64,000 nt of DNA from Puniceicoccales bacterium Verruco_02. Its GTDB lineage: Bacteria > Verrucomicrobiota > Verrucomicrobiia > Opitutales > Oceanipulchritudinaceae. Below are positions 1 through 10,797 of this stretch, one piece after another. The first letter of the stretch is position 1; every line of letters begins with the position of its first letter. The position numbers and the translations under genes were made by a program. The stretch is taken from positions 520 through 64,519 of the forward strand of contig LVBW01000003.1 of assembly GCA_001604585.1 (NCBI GenBank). The letters run 5' to 3'. Below the pieces are notes generated by a model that was given only the letters and a program-made list of their open reading frames with translations, made no database searches and was not told where the DNA came from.

Positions 1-811
1 GCTGGGTGCGCACCTGATCCTTGGACTCGGCCGGAAAGGCATCTACAATGCGGTCCACGGTGCGGGCTGCGCCCGTTGTGTGCAGGGTAGCGAATACGAG
101 GTGCCCCGTCTCTGCGGCGCTTATGGCGGCCTCGATCGTCTCCAGGTCGCGCATTTCGCCCAGCAGTATCACGTCCGGGTCCTGACGCAGCGCCCCGCGT
201 ATGGCCTCGGCAAAGCCCGGCACGTCCGTCCCCACCTCGCGTTGGGTGATGAGGCAACGCTTGTGCTCGTGGAAATACTCTATGGGGTCTTCGATTGTGA
301 TTATGTGGCCGTCGCGGTGCTCGTTTATCCAGTTGATCATCGAGGCCAGAGTGGTGGACTTGCCGCTGCCCGTAGGCCCGGTGACAAGGATTAGGCCGCG
401 GGGCCGGGTCAGCAGTTCGAGAACCGAATCAGGCAGGCCGATTTCCGACAGGCGGAAGAGCTTGTTCGACACCGTGCGCAACACCATGCCAGTCGCCCCC
501 CGGCTCTTGTAGAGGCTGACGCGGAAGCGGGCGCTGCCATGAAAACTGAAGCCGAAGTCCGCCCCGCCCTTTGTCTTGAGCCGCTCCTGCTGGGCGTCCG
601 GGCTTATGGCGCGCATCAGCTCGTCGGTATCGGAGCCTCGCAGGGCCGGGCCATCCACGGGGGTCATGGCCCCGTCGATGCGCAGGGTGGGCGGCAGACC
701 CACCTGTATGTGCAGGTCGCTCGCCTTCTCGGAGAGCATCAGCTCCAACAGATCGTTCATCTGATAGGGACAGGACTCCGCCCCCTGCTGCGCATCGTAT
801 GGATTGCTCAT
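1..811 (-). CDS. pilT: Type IV pilus retraction ATPase PilT (C-terminal end runs off the window)
   Basis: My own minus-strand translation from ATG 811-809 gives MSNPYDAQQ...[25 protein letters not shown]...[28 protein letters not shown]...[31 protein letters not shown] (Walker A, Asp box, His box of PilT/PilU ATPases). It is absent from the ORF track because no stop lies in the window. ATGA overlap with the upstream gene stop. Confidence 0.9.
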   Translation of the reverse strand, partial: MSNPYDAQQGAESCPYQMNDLLELMLSEKASDLHIQVGLPPTLRIDGAMTPVDGPALRGSDTDELMRAISPDAQQERLKTKGGADFGFSFHGSARFRVSLYKSRGATGMVLRTVSNKLFRLSEIGLPDSVLELLTRPRGLILVTGPTGSGKSTTLASMINWINEHRDGHIITIEDPIEYFHEHKRCLITQREVGTDVPGFAEAIRGALRQDPDVILLGEMRDLETIEAAISAAETGHLVFATLHTTGAARTVDRIVDAFPAESKDQVRTQ

Positions 812-2379
812 GATTGTGCTTCCCTTGTATGTGAAATATTATCAACCCCATCGGCATCCGCAAGGCTGGCCGCTGCCAGAGCCTCGCCCGCAGAGCAGAG
901 ACCGCCAAGGACCAGCGCCCTTGCCGAACCCGCAAGGTCTGGCATACCAAGCTCCGCCGCCTTTGCGCGAAGGGCACGCGCACCCGCGCCAGAGCAGAGC
1001 AGGCCGCGAAGCTCCGCATTCATGCCCACTAGGCCGAATATGGCCCTTCGTCCCAAATGCCCGCTCCCTCCACAACGCGGGCAGCCCAGTGGCAACCTGC
1101 AAGTGACGGCCTCCGCCTCGCTTATGCCAAGGGCGCGCATGAGAGGGGCCGGGGGCTGGCCGGGGCGCGAACAGGCCGGGCAGAGCAGGCGTACGAGGCG
1201 CTGGGTGAGGGCAAGCTCCAGAACGCAGGACATAAGGTGCCGCGATACGCCTAGATCCATCAGGCGGAAGGCCAGTTCCACGGCATCGCGCGCGTGGGCG
1301 CTTGCCAGCACAAGGTGCCCGGTCAGGGCGGCCTCGGCGGCTGCGGCCGCGGTCTGAGCGTCGCGCACCTCGCCCACCATAATTAGGTCGGGCGAATGGC
1401 GGAGCATCGCCCTTATGGCCTCGCCAAAGCCCATGCCGCCCGGCTCCACGGGCACCTGACTTACGCCGGGCAAGAGGCGCTCCACGGGGTCTTCGACGCT
1501 GATGATTTTGCGCCCTTCGGCACAAACTGCCCTCAGAAGGGCGTACAGGGTGTTCGTCTTGCCGCTGCCCGTGGGGCCGCCAACGAGCAACATACCGCCG
1601 CGCCGCCCAAGAAGGGCCTCGATGGGAGCGCGCACTGCATCTGGCATTCCGAGGGTGTCCAGCTCCATCGGAGCCTCGTCCTCGGCCAGCCTTATGACGA
1701 GGGCTTCGCCGTGGATCGACGGCAGGATATTGACGCGCAAATCCATATCTTTGCCGCCAAGGCGAATGGAGAAACGCCCGTCCTGAGGCAGGCGTTTTTC
1801 CGCCAGCGACAGGCGGGCCAGCACCTTCACCTGTGCAGACAGGGCCGCAGCCTGTGCAAGGGGCAGGCGTTCCACCTCGCGCAAGTGGCCGTCCACGCGC
1901 AGGCGCAGCGACAGGCCATCCGGGCCGGGCTGGATATGGACATCCGAGGCTCCGGCAGCGAGGGCGCGCGCGAGCAGAGCCTCCACGTAGTGCTGGCGCG
2001 GGCCTTCGAGGTACGGGGCTGGCGGCTCGTGCAGAACCATTGCCCCTGCTCTGCCCGCGCGGCTTCCAAGCTCCAGCGCGTGCAGGCGCTCAAGTGCCTT
2101 AGCAAGCTGCGCTCCGCTGGCGTTTCGCACCTTTATGGGCAGCCCGGCGGCCGTGGCGGCTGCGAACGCGCCCGAGAGATCGCTCTTCTCGTCGGCCAGC
2201 AGCAGGAGCGCATCCCCCTCCATGCCCAGCGGGGCCACGCGAAGGGAAAGCAGCACGGACGCAGGAAGAGGCAATGCATCCCCAACCTGCGAGTAAAGCG
2301 GTTCATCATCAGCCAGATGGCTCACAGAGCGAGATAATGCACAGGCAAAGGCGCGGAGCAACTCCGCCCCGTATCGCAT
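808..2379 (-). CDS. GspE/PilB-family secretion/pilus assembly ATPase
   Basis: 523-aa ORF with Walker [38 protein letters not shown] and [12 protein letters not shown]-terminal CPACS...CPRCGGSG tetracysteine is typical of GspE/PilB. Translationally coupled to pilT. Confidence 0.88.
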   Translation of the reverse strand: MRYGAELLRAFACALSRSVSHLADDEPLYSQVGDALPLPASVLLSLRVAPLGMEGDALLLLADEKSDLSGAFAAATAAGLPIKVRNASGAQLAKALERLHALELGSRAGRAGAMVLHEPPAPYLEGPRQHYVEALLARALAAGASDVHIQPGPDGLSLRLRVDGHLREVERLPLAQAAALSAQVKVLARLSLAEKRLPQDGRFSIRLGGKDMDLRVNILPSIHGEALVIRLAEDEAPMELDTLGMPDAVRAPIEALLGRRGGMLLVGGPTGSGKTNTLYALLRAVCAEGRKIISVEDPVERLLPGVSQVPVEPGGMGFGEAIRAMLRHSPDLIMVGEVRDAQTAAAAAEAALTGHLVLASAHARDAVELAFRLMDLGVSRHLMSCVLELALTQRLVRLLCPACSRPGQPPAPLMRALGISEAEAVTCRLPLGCPRCGGSGHLGRRAIFGLVGMNAELRGLLCSGAGARALRAKAAELGMPDLAGSARALVLGGLCSAGEALAAASLADADGVDNISHTREAQS

Positions 2380-2400
2380 TTATGTGAAAATGCCTGCCTC

Positions 2401-3630
2401 TTACTCGACGAAGCTCCGGCCCTGCTCCAAACAATCTGCAAGGCGCGCGTACACCCCGTGCAACTGCTCCCTTGACGTCTCTTCGCCAAGAGCATTGCGG
2501 ATGCGTTCGGCAAGGGTCCCCCTTTCCAGGATTAGGCCCATATGCTCCATCCACACCGCGCCCCTCGGGGCACAGCGTTCCAGTAGCCCTGCCCATACCT
2601 CCCAAGCCTGAAGAGGCTTGTCCGGGGCAAAGCCCAGCGCACCCAACAGGCCAGGCACGTCCACAATGGCCTGCGAGGCGTTCCTCATGCAGGCAAGAAA
2701 CACCCGCTCAAGCCCGGCCTGTTCTGCCGCGTCCACAAGGTCCGCACTGCCCATGCGCCCATCGACGATCGCCTTAAGAACGCATACAACGGCCTGCACG
2801 ATGGCCAGGTCCGCCACGGGGCATTCCTGAAGATCTATGACGCGTATCTCAATGGCATTGCGGCAGAAGCGGGCAATGGCTCCACGGGCATTCGCCCACT
2901 CGTCCCGAAGTATGCCATCGGGGTCCAGCGGGGCTAGGTCTGCGTAGATGCGGCCAAGGATGCGCTCCTCGTATTCGGCCTTTGAGGTGACAAGCTCTGG
3001 GACAACGCCCGCCGTGATGCTGGGAACCCTTGCGCAGTTATTACGGTAGCTATCCAGACGCATGTCTAGCGCCGGGGCGGCTTTGCCGTCCACAAAGGGC
3101 GTACTGGCCGAAATGGCGGGAATCAGCGGCAGTATGAGGCGTATGGCACTGTGCAGGCGGTGGAACTGCTCATCTCCCTGAAAGGGCAGATTGATATGCG
3201 TGCTCTGGAGGTTGCTCCATCCGTGGCCGCGGCAGTCGAATATGCGGTCGAAGGCGCGGTATATCTCCTTGTTCCCGTAGGGCCAGAGCAGGGTCTCGCG
3301 GTGCGGGTCCATCCAAGGGTGCATACCTGTGGGCAGAAGCCTTGCGCCCATCTCGCGCAGCATGGCGCTGGCGCGGCCTACCTCTGCCTGAAAGCGTTCC
3401 GCAAGACCCTCGAGCGACTCTTCAGGTTCGGCGCACTTGAACTCAATAACGTGGCGGACCAGCTCGTTGGACCAGCCGATGTTGCCGTACTGGGCCTCGT
3501 CGCTCTCTGGCACGCCGCTGGCGCGTTCGAGCAGGGCGTCGGCAATGGGGCGCACATCGAGCGTCGAACTATCGACAATCATGTACTCCAGCTCCACGCC
3601 GAAGCGTTCAAAAAGTTGGAAAGTGGACAT
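2401..3630 (-). CDS. Glutamate-cysteine ligase family 2 (YbdK-like carboxylate-amine ligase)
   Basis: 409-aa ORF starting MSTFQLFERFGVELEYMIVD. Length and N-terminal GxExE pattern fit GCS2/YbdK-type amidoligases. Its stop lies only 21 nt upstream of the PilB-like start. Confidence 0.72.
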   Translation of the reverse strand: MSTFQLFERFGVELEYMIVDSSTLDVRPIADALLERASGVPESDEAQYGNIGWSNELVRHVIEFKCAEPEESLEGLAERFQAEVGRASAMLREMGARLLPTGMHPWMDPHRETLLWPYGNKEIYRAFDRIFDCRGHGWSNLQSTHINLPFQGDEQFHRLHSAIRLILPLIPAISASTPFVDGKAAPALDMRLDSYRNNCARVPSITAGVVPELVTSKAEYEERILGRIYADLAPLDPDGILRDEWANARGAIARFCRNAIEIRVIDLQECPVADLAIVQAVVCVLKAIVDGRMGSADLVDAAEQAGLERVFLACMRNASQAIVDVPGLLGALGFAPDKPLQAWEVWAGLLERCAPRGAVWMEHMGLILERGTLAERIRNALGEETSREQLHGVYARLADCLEQGRSFVE

Positions 3631-3680
3631 CAGGAGGGGAAAGAGATGTTACTACAAAAATAGCGACACTGCATCAAGAT

Positions 3681-5150
3681 TCAGGCCTTGTAAAGGCGCT
3701 GACGCTCCAGCCGCGTGAGAAACGTGTGCATCACACGGTGGTACAACTGCTTGCGTATCACCTCATCCTCGATTCCGCAGTCGATGCTGGGATTGTCGTT
3801 CACCTCGATAACGAACACCTCGTCTCGGGCCACCTTGAGGTCCACCCCGTACAGGCCCTCGCCAATCAATTCGGCAGCCTTCAGGGCCGTTCGCACCACT
3901 TTGCGGGGGGCCAGCTCCACGGGCATGGTCTCGACATTGCCAAGAGCGTCGTCTCCGCTCTTGGAATGGTTGTAAATCTGCCAGTGCGCCGGGGCCATGA
4001 AGTATTTGCAGGCGTAGAGGGGCTGGCCGTCCACGATGCCTATTCGCCAGTCAAAGTCCGTGGGCAGAAATTCCTGCGCAATGAGTAGATCGCTCTTTTC
4101 GAGCAACTTGCTGACCTTTTCCTTGTACTCGGCAGCCGTGGATGCCTTGACTACGCCCTGCGAGAAGGAAGAGTCTGGCTGCTTGAGGATGACGGGCAGG
4201 CCCAGCTTGGCCACCACTTCTTCCACGTTGTCGCGGTGTATTATGACGGTCTTTGGCGTTGGCACCTTGTGGCGCTCCAAAAGTTCGGCAAGGTACACCT
4301 TGTTTGTGCAGCGCAGAATGCTCTCGGGGTCGTCGATAACGACCATGCCCTCGGTCTGCGCACGGCGCGAGAAACGGTAGCTGAACTCGTTGACAGCCGT
4401 GGTGCAGCGGATGAAGAGGCCGTCGTATTCCACAAGGCTTCCGTAGTCGTCCTTGGTAATTCGGTGAAGCGTCATGTCCAGCTCCTCGGCAGCCTTCTCG
4501 AAGTTGCGCAGCGCCTTCTCGTTGGAAGGCGGGGTTGGCTCGCCGGGGTCAACCAGCATGGCCAAGCTGAAGCGGGCGTTCTTCTTTGAACGGCGCGCGT
4601 GCGGAGCCTCGGCAAAGTACTGGGTGGCAAACTCGACTATCGACTGGCGGTGGTTTTCGGGCACTTCGCTCGTTGGAATGGCGCTGATTGTCTGTATGGC
4701 CCAGCCCTCGGGCTGGCGGACAAACTGCGCCCGGAGAAGTGGGGCCGGGAAGAGGCTGAAAAGCTGCCGGGCAAGGCGGTCGTACCGCTTTGCCATGTTG
4801 CGTGCAAAGTATATGGACAGGGTGAAGCTGTCGCTCTGGAGCGGAGCCAGGGCCTGCTGGATGAGCTTGTCCAGATCGCTCGACACGGAGCGGATGATGG
4901 ACTGGGTCTTCAGATCCTGAATCGTGGCCGTTGCCGGGATGGGCCTGTGCCCCCTTGCCTCGCCCAGCAGGGATACGTAGTAGCCCACGCTCTGGTACCG
5001 GTAAGAGCGGCACATGTTCAGAACCTTGTATGAACGCGGCGCCCCGTACTTGGGATCTGTGAGGTAAGTACGGGCACCAACCACTGTCACGCCCGGGACT
5101 TCGAGCGGCCAGCGGTCAGGATTGTCAACGACAAGCAGGTAAGGTGTCAT
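3681..5150 (-). CDS. RimK/GshB-like ATP-grasp ligase with N-terminal RLAN-like domain
   Basis: C-terminal ~300 aa carry ATP-grasp motifs (LGLPVILKQPDSSFSQGV, LIAQEFLPTDFDWRIGIVDG, GLYGVDLK...VFVIEVNDNPSID). N-terminal ~200 aa (MTPYLLVVDNPDRW...YRYQSVGYYVSLLGEARGH) match my recollection of the RimK-like ATP-grasp N-terminal (RLAN) domain. Start set at ATG 5150; the track start 5237 would add a hydrophobic 29-aa extension. Confidence 0.78.
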   Translation of the reverse strand: MTPYLLVVDNPDRWPLEVPGVTVVGARTYLTDPKYGAPRSYKVLNMCRSYRYQSVGYYVSLLGEARGHRPIPATATIQDLKTQSIIRSVSSDLDKLIQQALAPLQSDSFTLSIYFARNMAKRYDRLARQLFSLFPAPLLRAQFVRQPEGWAIQTISAIPTSEVPENHRQSIVEFATQYFAEAPHARRSKKNARFSLAMLVDPGEPTPPSNEKALRNFEKAAEELDMTLHRITKDDYGSLVEYDGLFIRCTTAVNEFSYRFSRRAQTEGMVVIDDPESILRCTNKVYLAELLERHKVPTPKTVIIHRDNVEEVVAKLGLPVILKQPDSSFSQGVVKASTAAEYKEKVSKLLEKSDLLIAQEFLPTDFDWRIGIVDGQPLYACKYFMAPAHWQIYNHSKSGDDALGNVETMPVELAPRKVVRTALKAAELIGEGLYGVDLKVARDEVFVIEVNDNPSIDCGIEDEVIRKQLYHRVMHTFLTRLERQRLYKA

Positions 5151-5351
5151 TTGAATGCTCCCGGCATACGGGAAAGCGACTGCAAAGCACAATACCAACG
5201 CGGCTCGCCTGACAATAAAGAACGGCGACAAACGCATAGCTATTTTTTCAGGACCAGCACGCCGAGAGCAGTCAATGGCCTACGCACGAGTCAAGCACCC
5301 AGATCTGCACACAAAACGAAGCTGCCGGGATCAGGCAATGTGATGGGGGTA

Positions 5352-5383
5352 CACAAAAAGAAACCCGGAACTAGTCCGGGTTT
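5352..5383 (-). terminator. Rho-independent terminator of the small secreted-protein gene
   Basis: Minus strand reads AAACCCGGACTAGTTCCGGGTTT followed by CTTTTTGTGT: a 9-10 bp stem (5361-5383) plus a T tract (5353-5360). Confidence 0.75.
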
Positions 5384-5565
5384 CTCGAAAACTTGCTTGG
5401 TTCTTCCAACTGCGCTGAGCTGCCTTCACGGCAACAAGAACATACGCTGTCGGTTCCTTACCGATGCTTGCCAGAGCGTCTTGTCAACACTGATAGCCAT
5501 GCCCCGCACTTGATGGGGTGGCTGTTGACCTTGCGACCAAGGCAACGCATATCACCTTGCAAATA

Positions 5566-6033
5566 CTACCTAGCGGCGGCTGCAATGACCCTCTTGGCTG
5601 CTGCCTTGGCGGCAGGAGAGGCCGAGGATGCGTCGATACCACTGGCAACCTGTTCGAGCAGTTCGCTCAGCTTGCTGGAGTCGCCCGCGGCAGCAGTCTG
5701 CGCTGCCTCGACGAGGGCTTCTGCAAGAGAGATGGCAGCGGCTTCGCTGTCGGCTTCGGAGATTATCGCAAGAGCGATTTCAAACATATTGGCCGAAGGA
5801 GAGGCCAGCTCCTCGACAAGGACGGCTACGAGCGATGCCTTGGCACTGGCCGAATCGGGGGCTTCGACAACGGAAGTAACAGCTGTGGAAATGATACCGG
5901 AGATACCGTCTTCAATTACAACGCCAGCGTCGGTCTGCGGCACAGGAATGGTGTCCTGGGAGATGGCGGCGGAGGCTGAGTAGGACAGCGTGACAGCGGC
6001 TGCGAGAAGAACAACTTTGAGATAGCTTTTCAT
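5566..6033 (-). CDS. Hypothetical secreted acidic Ala/Ser/Glu-rich protein
   Basis: 155-aa ORF with signal peptide MKSYLKVVLLAAAVTLSYSASA followed by a low-complexity A/S/E-rich body. Has its own terminator. I recognise no family. Confidence 0.5.
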   Translation of the reverse strand: MKSYLKVVLLAAAVTLSYSASAAISQDTIPVPQTDAGVVIEDGISGIISTAVTSVVEAPDSASAKASLVAVLVEELASPSANMFEIALAIISEADSEAAAISLAEALVEAAQTAAAGDSSKLSELLEQVASGIDASSASPAAKAAAKRVIAAAAR

Positions 6034-6237
6034 GGCTTTTATATATTGATGCGTAATGCTACTGGACTAGGACTAATCCCAAACGAAAGTAACAATGACC
6101 ATCTTATCCTTCCTGTAAAGCGAAAATCGTAAAGAGAGGCCTCCGGCAAGCCTCGGTAAAAGTCTGAAATCGCGTTGACCGGAACATTTACGTCACTAGG
6201 CTGACAGTTCCGCCAAGCCGCAGATATTTTCCAGATA

Positions 6238-7809
6238 ATGCCTCTGAACGCGAACAACACACACACCGACGCCGCCCGCCTAATAGCAATTATCGACGAC
6301 GATGCCGAAATTCGCTACTCTCTGCACAGGGTATTGACGGCTAACGGCTACCGCGCCGCCACAGCATCCAGCGGCAGGGACGGCATTGCACTGGCCCGCA
6401 AGGAACTGCCACAGGTCATATTTCTGGACAACCGCATGGAGGGCATGTCCGGCATCGAGACGCTCCAGCACCTGCGCAGCGCCTGCCCGAACGCGATGGT
6501 CATCCTAATGACTGCCTTCGGCACAACGCAGACGGCTATCGAGGCTATGAAGTACGGCGCCTTTGACTATATAATCAAGCCCTTCGACGTAAAGAAGGTG
6601 CTAAGCCTCACCGACGCCGCGTTAAAGGCAAACCGCGAGCTGGAAGCGGCAAAGGAGCACTACATCCCCCTGCTCAACAGCGACGACTACAAGGAGGGCA
6701 TCGTAGGCAGCTCCGAGAAGATGCAACAGGTCTTCAAGATGATAGGTCAGGTGGCGGCCAAGGACTTCACCGTGCTAATCACTGGCGAGAGCGGCACGGG
6801 CAAGGAACTCGTCGCCCGCTGCCTGCACCAGCACAGCCACCTTGCCGAGAGGCCCTTCATGGCGGTGAACTGCGCCGCGATACCCGAGAACCTCATAGAA
6901 AGCGAGCTGTTCGGCCACGAACGCGGCTCCTTCACCGGCGCGGCCCAACAGCGCATAGGCATATTTGAACAGTGCGACGGGGGCACGATATTCCTCGACG
7001 AAATTGGCGACATGACCCCCGCCACGCAGACCAAGATACTGCGCGCCCTCCAGCAGGGCGAAATACAACGCGTGGGCGGCACGGGCGTAATAAAGGTGAA
7101 GGTGCGCTTGATAGCGGCGACAAACAAGGACCTCGAAAAGATGGTCGAGGAAAAGACCTTCCGCGAAGATCTCTATTACCGCCTCAACGTCGTGCGCCTG
7201 CGCCTGCCCTCCCTGCGCGAAAGGCTCGAAGATGTGCCCCCGCTGGTCGATTACATGCTTCAGCGCCTCGTGAAAAACCAGCGCACCCGCGTGACGCAGA
7301 TTTCCCCCGAGGCCCTCTCCATACTCACCCGCTACCGCTGGCCGGGCAACGTGCGCGAGTTGGAAAACGTCATCCAGCGAAGCACCGTCATGGCCAAGGG
7401 CGAGACCATCCTGCCCAAAGACCTGCCCCAAGAAGTCTGCCAGAGCGTGGCGGGCAATACAGCGGCAAGTCCTGACAGGGCCGAGGAGGAAGAGGCCAAC
7501 GCAGCCGAAGCAGTCCCCCAGCTCCCGGCTATTCCTACAGCGACGGAAGCCGCGCCCGCCATAGAGCCGCCAGAATCCCCCGCCCTGCTGCACAGCGGCC
7601 CGGCCATCAGCTTTGGCGATGCCTGCGACATACTGTATGAGAGGGTGCGTTGCTCCACAGAGCAGAACATCCTCGGCGAAATCGAGCGCGAAATGATAGC
7701 GCGCGCCCTGAAGGAAACCGGCGGCAATCAGGTCAAGGCATCGTCGATACTGGGCATAACAAGGGCCACCCTGCGCAAGCGCATAGACGACTTCAAACTG
7801 CGCTACTGA
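6238..7809 (+). CDS. Sigma-54-dependent response regulator (NtrC family enhancer-binding protein)
   Basis: Receiver domain (IAIIDDD...[13 protein letters not shown]). AAA+ sigma-54 interaction domain ([23 protein letters not shown]). C-terminal Fis-type HTH ([21 protein letters not shown]). Long Ala/Pro/Glu-rich linker before the HTH. No adjacent histidine kinase. Confidence 0.92.
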   Translation: MPLNANNTHTDAARLIAIIDDDAEIRYSLHRVLTANGYRAATASSGRDGIALARKELPQVIFLDNRMEGMSGIETLQHLRSACPNAMVILMTAFGTTQTAIEAMKYGAFDYIIKPFDVKKVLSLTDAALKANRELEAAKEHYIPLLNSDDYKEGIVGSSEKMQQVFKMIGQVAAKDFTVLITGESGTGKELVARCLHQHSHLAERPFMAVNCAAIPENLIESELFGHERGSFTGAAQQRIGIFEQCDGGTIFLDEIGDMTPATQTKILRALQQGEIQRVGGTGVIKVKVRLIAATNKDLEKMVEEKTFREDLYYRLNVVRLRLPSLRERLEDVPPLVDYMLQRLVKNQRTRVTQISPEALSILTRYRWPGNVRELENVIQRSTVMAKGETILPKDLPQEVCQSVAGNTAASPDRAEEEEANAAEAVPQLPAIPTATEAAPAIEPPESPALLHSGPAISFGDACDILYERVRCSTEQNILGEIEREMIARALKETGGNQVKASSILGITRATLRKRIDDFKLRY

Positions 7810-8987
7810 CGCTTTGGAAGCGGCGTACGCGCGTCCAGTGCCTTCACGCAGGCAAAGAGCAGAGCCGCACCCATAAGGGTAAGATACGGCAAGGTCTGCA
7901 TCGCGTACTGCGCAAACCATCCCCCAAGGAGCGGCATCGCTGCCGCGCCTATGTAGGAAGCCCCCGTCTGCCTGCCAATTACAATAGACACATCCTCCGC
8001 AACAAAGCGGCGCGGCACCTCGTGCATAAGGCCGGGATACACGGGTGCAAAGCCAAGGCCAATAAGCAAGAGCGCCGCCATTACCATCACCGGCCCCTGC
8101 GCAAGGGCGAATAGCAAGGCCCCGACAAGAGCCATTAGCATACCGGCAGAAATCAGGCGACGATTGCCCACGCTGTCCACCACAAAGCCCGCCAGTATGC
8201 GCCCGCCGGTGATGGCACCGAAATACGCCGCCGTGCAAAGCGAAGCCAGCGAGGGGCTGAAGCCCTGCCCGACAATGAGTATCGAACCAATCCAAAGCCC
8301 CGTCATGGTCTCGACACCCACATACAGCACAAAGGCCAGCATGGACAGCCAGCCGGCAATGGAATTCGCCCCAGCCTTTGGAGCCAACACTCCGGCCACC
8401 TCGTCATTCGCCGCCGCCTTTTCGGGTACAAGGCTCCAAAGCCTAAGCGACATGAAAAACAAAATGGCCAGACCAAGCTGAATCCCCCCCAGCGTCACAT
8501 AGCCCGCGCGCCAGCCTCCGGCGCTACCAATGAAGTAGCCAACAAGGAGCGGCCCCGCCGTGGCCCCGATTCCCCAGCAGGCGTGCAGCCAGTTCATGTG
8601 CCTACCGCTATAATGGCGCGCCACATAGCTGTTAAGACCCGAATCCACTGCACCGGCCCCAATACCAAGGGGTATGCAACAGAGGAAGAGCACATACCCG
8701 GCCTGAGCAAGGCCAATGACCATCAGCCCTCCGCCAGTAAGAACACAGCTAATTAGCACCACCCTGCCCGTCCCAAAGCGCGAGATTACCCGCCCGCTCA
8801 TGAAGCCCGAACTGCCCGAAAGCAGGGTGCCAAGGCAGATTATCGTGCCCGCAAGCCCGATAGGAAGGCCCAGTTCAGGGTAAATCGCTGGCCAGGCAAG
8901 GCCAAACGAACCATCGGGAAGCCCAAGGCTTATAAACCCGAGATATATCACAACAAGAAGATACGCAGGGCCTCGCTTTGTACTCAT
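7803..8987 (-). CDS. MFS transporter
   Basis: About 12 hydrophobic segments and an MFS motif-A-like [11 protein letters not shown] loop. Start moved to ATG 8987 ([13 protein letters not shown]...). Converges on and overlaps the NtrC-like gene end by 7 nt. Confidence 0.82.
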   Translation of the reverse strand: MSTKRGPAYLLVVIYLGFISLGLPDGSFGLAWPAIYPELGLPIGLAGTIICLGTLLSGSSGFMSGRVISRFGTGRVVLISCVLTGGGLMVIGLAQAGYVLFLCCIPLGIGAGAVDSGLNSYVARHYSGRHMNWLHACWGIGATAGPLLVGYFIGSAGGWRAGYVTLGGIQLGLAILFFMSLRLWSLVPEKAAANDEVAGVLAPKAGANSIAGWLSMLAFVLYVGVETMTGLWIGSILIVGQGFSPSLASLCTAAYFGAITGGRILAGFVVDSVGNRRLISAGMLMALVGALLFALAQGPVMVMAALLLIGLGFAPVYPGLMHEVPRRFVAEDVSIVIGRQTGASYIGAAAMPLLGGWFAQYAMQTLPYLTLMGAALLFACVKALDARTPLPKRQ

Positions 8988-9218
8988 CGACAGAAGCTCA
9001 AGTGTACAATAGCGGACTTGCAAGCTCGAAAAGTCAAAGACCATGCAGCTTTATGGAAGAAATTAAGTACTTGCAATCTCCCTTCATTACGGGCAGAGCT
9101 GCCCTTGGGGCGAGGTCGTTTCGACGGTCATGCCCTCATTAACGCGCAAGCGGTCTGCGGGGGAAGGAGCAAAATATCCCTTGGCACGGTGATTGTTTGA
9201 GAGATTTGAAGCGGCCAC

Positions 9219-10538
9219 ATGGGCCTCTTCCAAAGGAGGATTCTCACCGAGCGTTCGCGGCAGGCCGCCCCCACAATACAGTCAGACCCAAGCATGGAAA
9301 CGGATACGGCCACCATTGAGGTGGCAAATACATCCGCGTTCGCTGCACTTGGCCTCCCGGAATACGTTCTGAAGGCCATTGCCGACGCGGGCTACGAAAC
9401 ACCCACGCCCATTCAGCAAGAGGCCATACCGGTCCTGCTGGAAGGCAGGGACATCATCGGCGGCGCCCAAACGGGCACTGGCAAGACGGCGGCCTTCGCG
9501 CTGCCCATAATTGCCCGCCTTCACAAACACGGCAAAATTCGCGCCCTCATACTGGAGCCAACGCGAGAGCTGGCCCAGCAGGTGTACGACGCCCTTCAGG
9601 TGTTCACAAAGCACACCAACCTGCGCACAGCCCTGCTATACGGCGGGGTGCGCTACGGCAAACAGCGCGAACAGATCCTGAGGTGCCCCGACATCATCGT
9701 GGCGACCCCCGGCCGCCTGCTGGACTTTCTAGGCCAAAAAACCTTCAAGCTGGAGCATGTGGAAACACTGGTCCTCGACGAGGCAGACCGTATGCTGGAC
9801 ATGGGCTTTCTCCCGGACGTGCGCCGCATCATCGGCTACACACCGGCCAAAAGGCAGAGCCTGCTCTTTTCCGCAACGGTGCCCCCGGCCATCGATTCGC
9901 TTTCCAAGTGGATGCTCAACGAACCGGTTACAATCCGCATAGGTAGCGGCACGAGCACCGCCGACACCATCACGCACAGCATCTACCCCGTGGATGATCG
10001 CCAGAAGTTCGACCTACTCGTCGCCCTTCTCGGCCAGATCGACTACGAAAGCGCCCTAATCTTCACCCGCACCAAGCGCGGGGCGGACACCATCCAACGC
10101 TGGCTGGAAGCGCGCGACCACAAGGTGGGCGTAATCCACTCCGACCGCGCCCAGAAAGAGCGCGAACAGACGATGCTGCACTTTCGCTCCGGCAAGCTGC
10201 GAGTCCTCGTTGCGACGGACATCGTGGCCCGCGGCATAGACATCTCCGGCATCAGCCACGTCATCAACTACGACATCCCCCAGCACCCCGAGGACTACGT
10301 CCACCGCATAGGCCGCACGGGCCGCGCGGCCAAGGAGGGCGAGGCAGTAACCCTGTTCACCGCTGGCGAACAGGACTTTCTGCGCGGCATCGAACGCTTC
10401 ATCGGCCAGACGATCCCGCGCTCAAAGCTCGAAGGCTTCGACTACAGCTGGTCCCCGGTGATGGACAGCGCGCAGGACAAGCCCCGCAGGCGCAACCGCA
10501 GCCTCGGCCCAAGCGCCAAGGCACGCCGCCGCCGCTAG
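9219..10538 (+). CDS. DEAD-box ATP-dependent RNA helicase (RhlE-like)
   Basis: AQTGTGKTAAF, PTRELA, DEAD, SAT, HRIGRTGR and a basic C-terminal tail. Alternative start at ATG 9294 (METDTATIEV...). Confidence 0.94.
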   Translation: MGLFQRRILTERSRQAAPTIQSDPSMETDTATIEVANTSAFAALGLPEYVLKAIADAGYETPTPIQQEAIPVLLEGRDIIGGAQTGTGKTAAFALPIIARLHKHGKIRALILEPTRELAQQVYDALQVFTKHTNLRTALLYGGVRYGKQREQILRCPDIIVATPGRLLDFLGQKTFKLEHVETLVLDEADRMLDMGFLPDVRRIIGYTPAKRQSLLFSATVPPAIDSLSKWMLNEPVTIRIGSGTSTADTITHSIYPVDDRQKFDLLVALLGQIDYESALIFTRTKRGADTIQRWLEARDHKVGVIHSDRAQKEREQTMLHFRSGKLRVLVATDIVARGIDISGISHVINYDIPQHPEDYVHRIGRTGRAAKEGEAVTLFTAGEQDFLRGIERFIGQTIPRSKLEGFDYSWSPVMDSAQDKPRRRNRSLGPSAKARRRR

Positions 10539-10554
10539 AGCGCAAGCTTGCGTA

Positions 10555-10594
10555 ATATGCGGGCCGTCCACCAATGAGGTGGCGGCCCGCATAT
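10555..10594 (+). terminator. Long GC-rich hairpin downstream of the helicase gene (terminator-like, no clear T tract)
   Basis: ATATGCGGGCCGTCCACC-AATGA-GGTGGCGGCCCGCATAT: a 17-bp stem with one bulge, 17 nt after the stop codon. Confidence 0.4.
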
Positions 10595-10797
10595 GCTGTA
10601 CAAAGGCAAGGTTCATCAAGGTGAAAGGACGCATGTTCGCACCAAAGGCACCAGCTATTGCGACACAAGTCGGAATCGTGAACACGGCCGCCACAATGGG
10701 CCTGTTCTGCTTGACCCTGCCTAATACACGGACAAGTTAGCTATGCAACGAACACGGGCGCGGCTACACCGCCTGCCAAGCATAACCACCTGCCGAC

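Noticed and set aside
5181-5198. Sigma-54-like TTGGTATTGTGCTTTGCA on the minus strand just upstream of the ATP-grasp start
   Set aside because: The GG-to-GC register is 13 nt instead of the canonical 12, and the -24 half is poor (TGGTAT). It probably arose by chance.
6775-8295. Long alternative-frame or antisense ORFs in the track (e.g. 6775..8295 -, 539..1357 +, 12093..13013 +, 29698..30885 +, 43256..44140 -, 47611..48558 +, 51398..52180 -)
   Set aside because: All lie inside or antisense to genes with strong family motifs. They have Arg/Ala/Gly/Pro-skewed composition typical of off-frame translation of high-GC DNA, and no recognisable domains.
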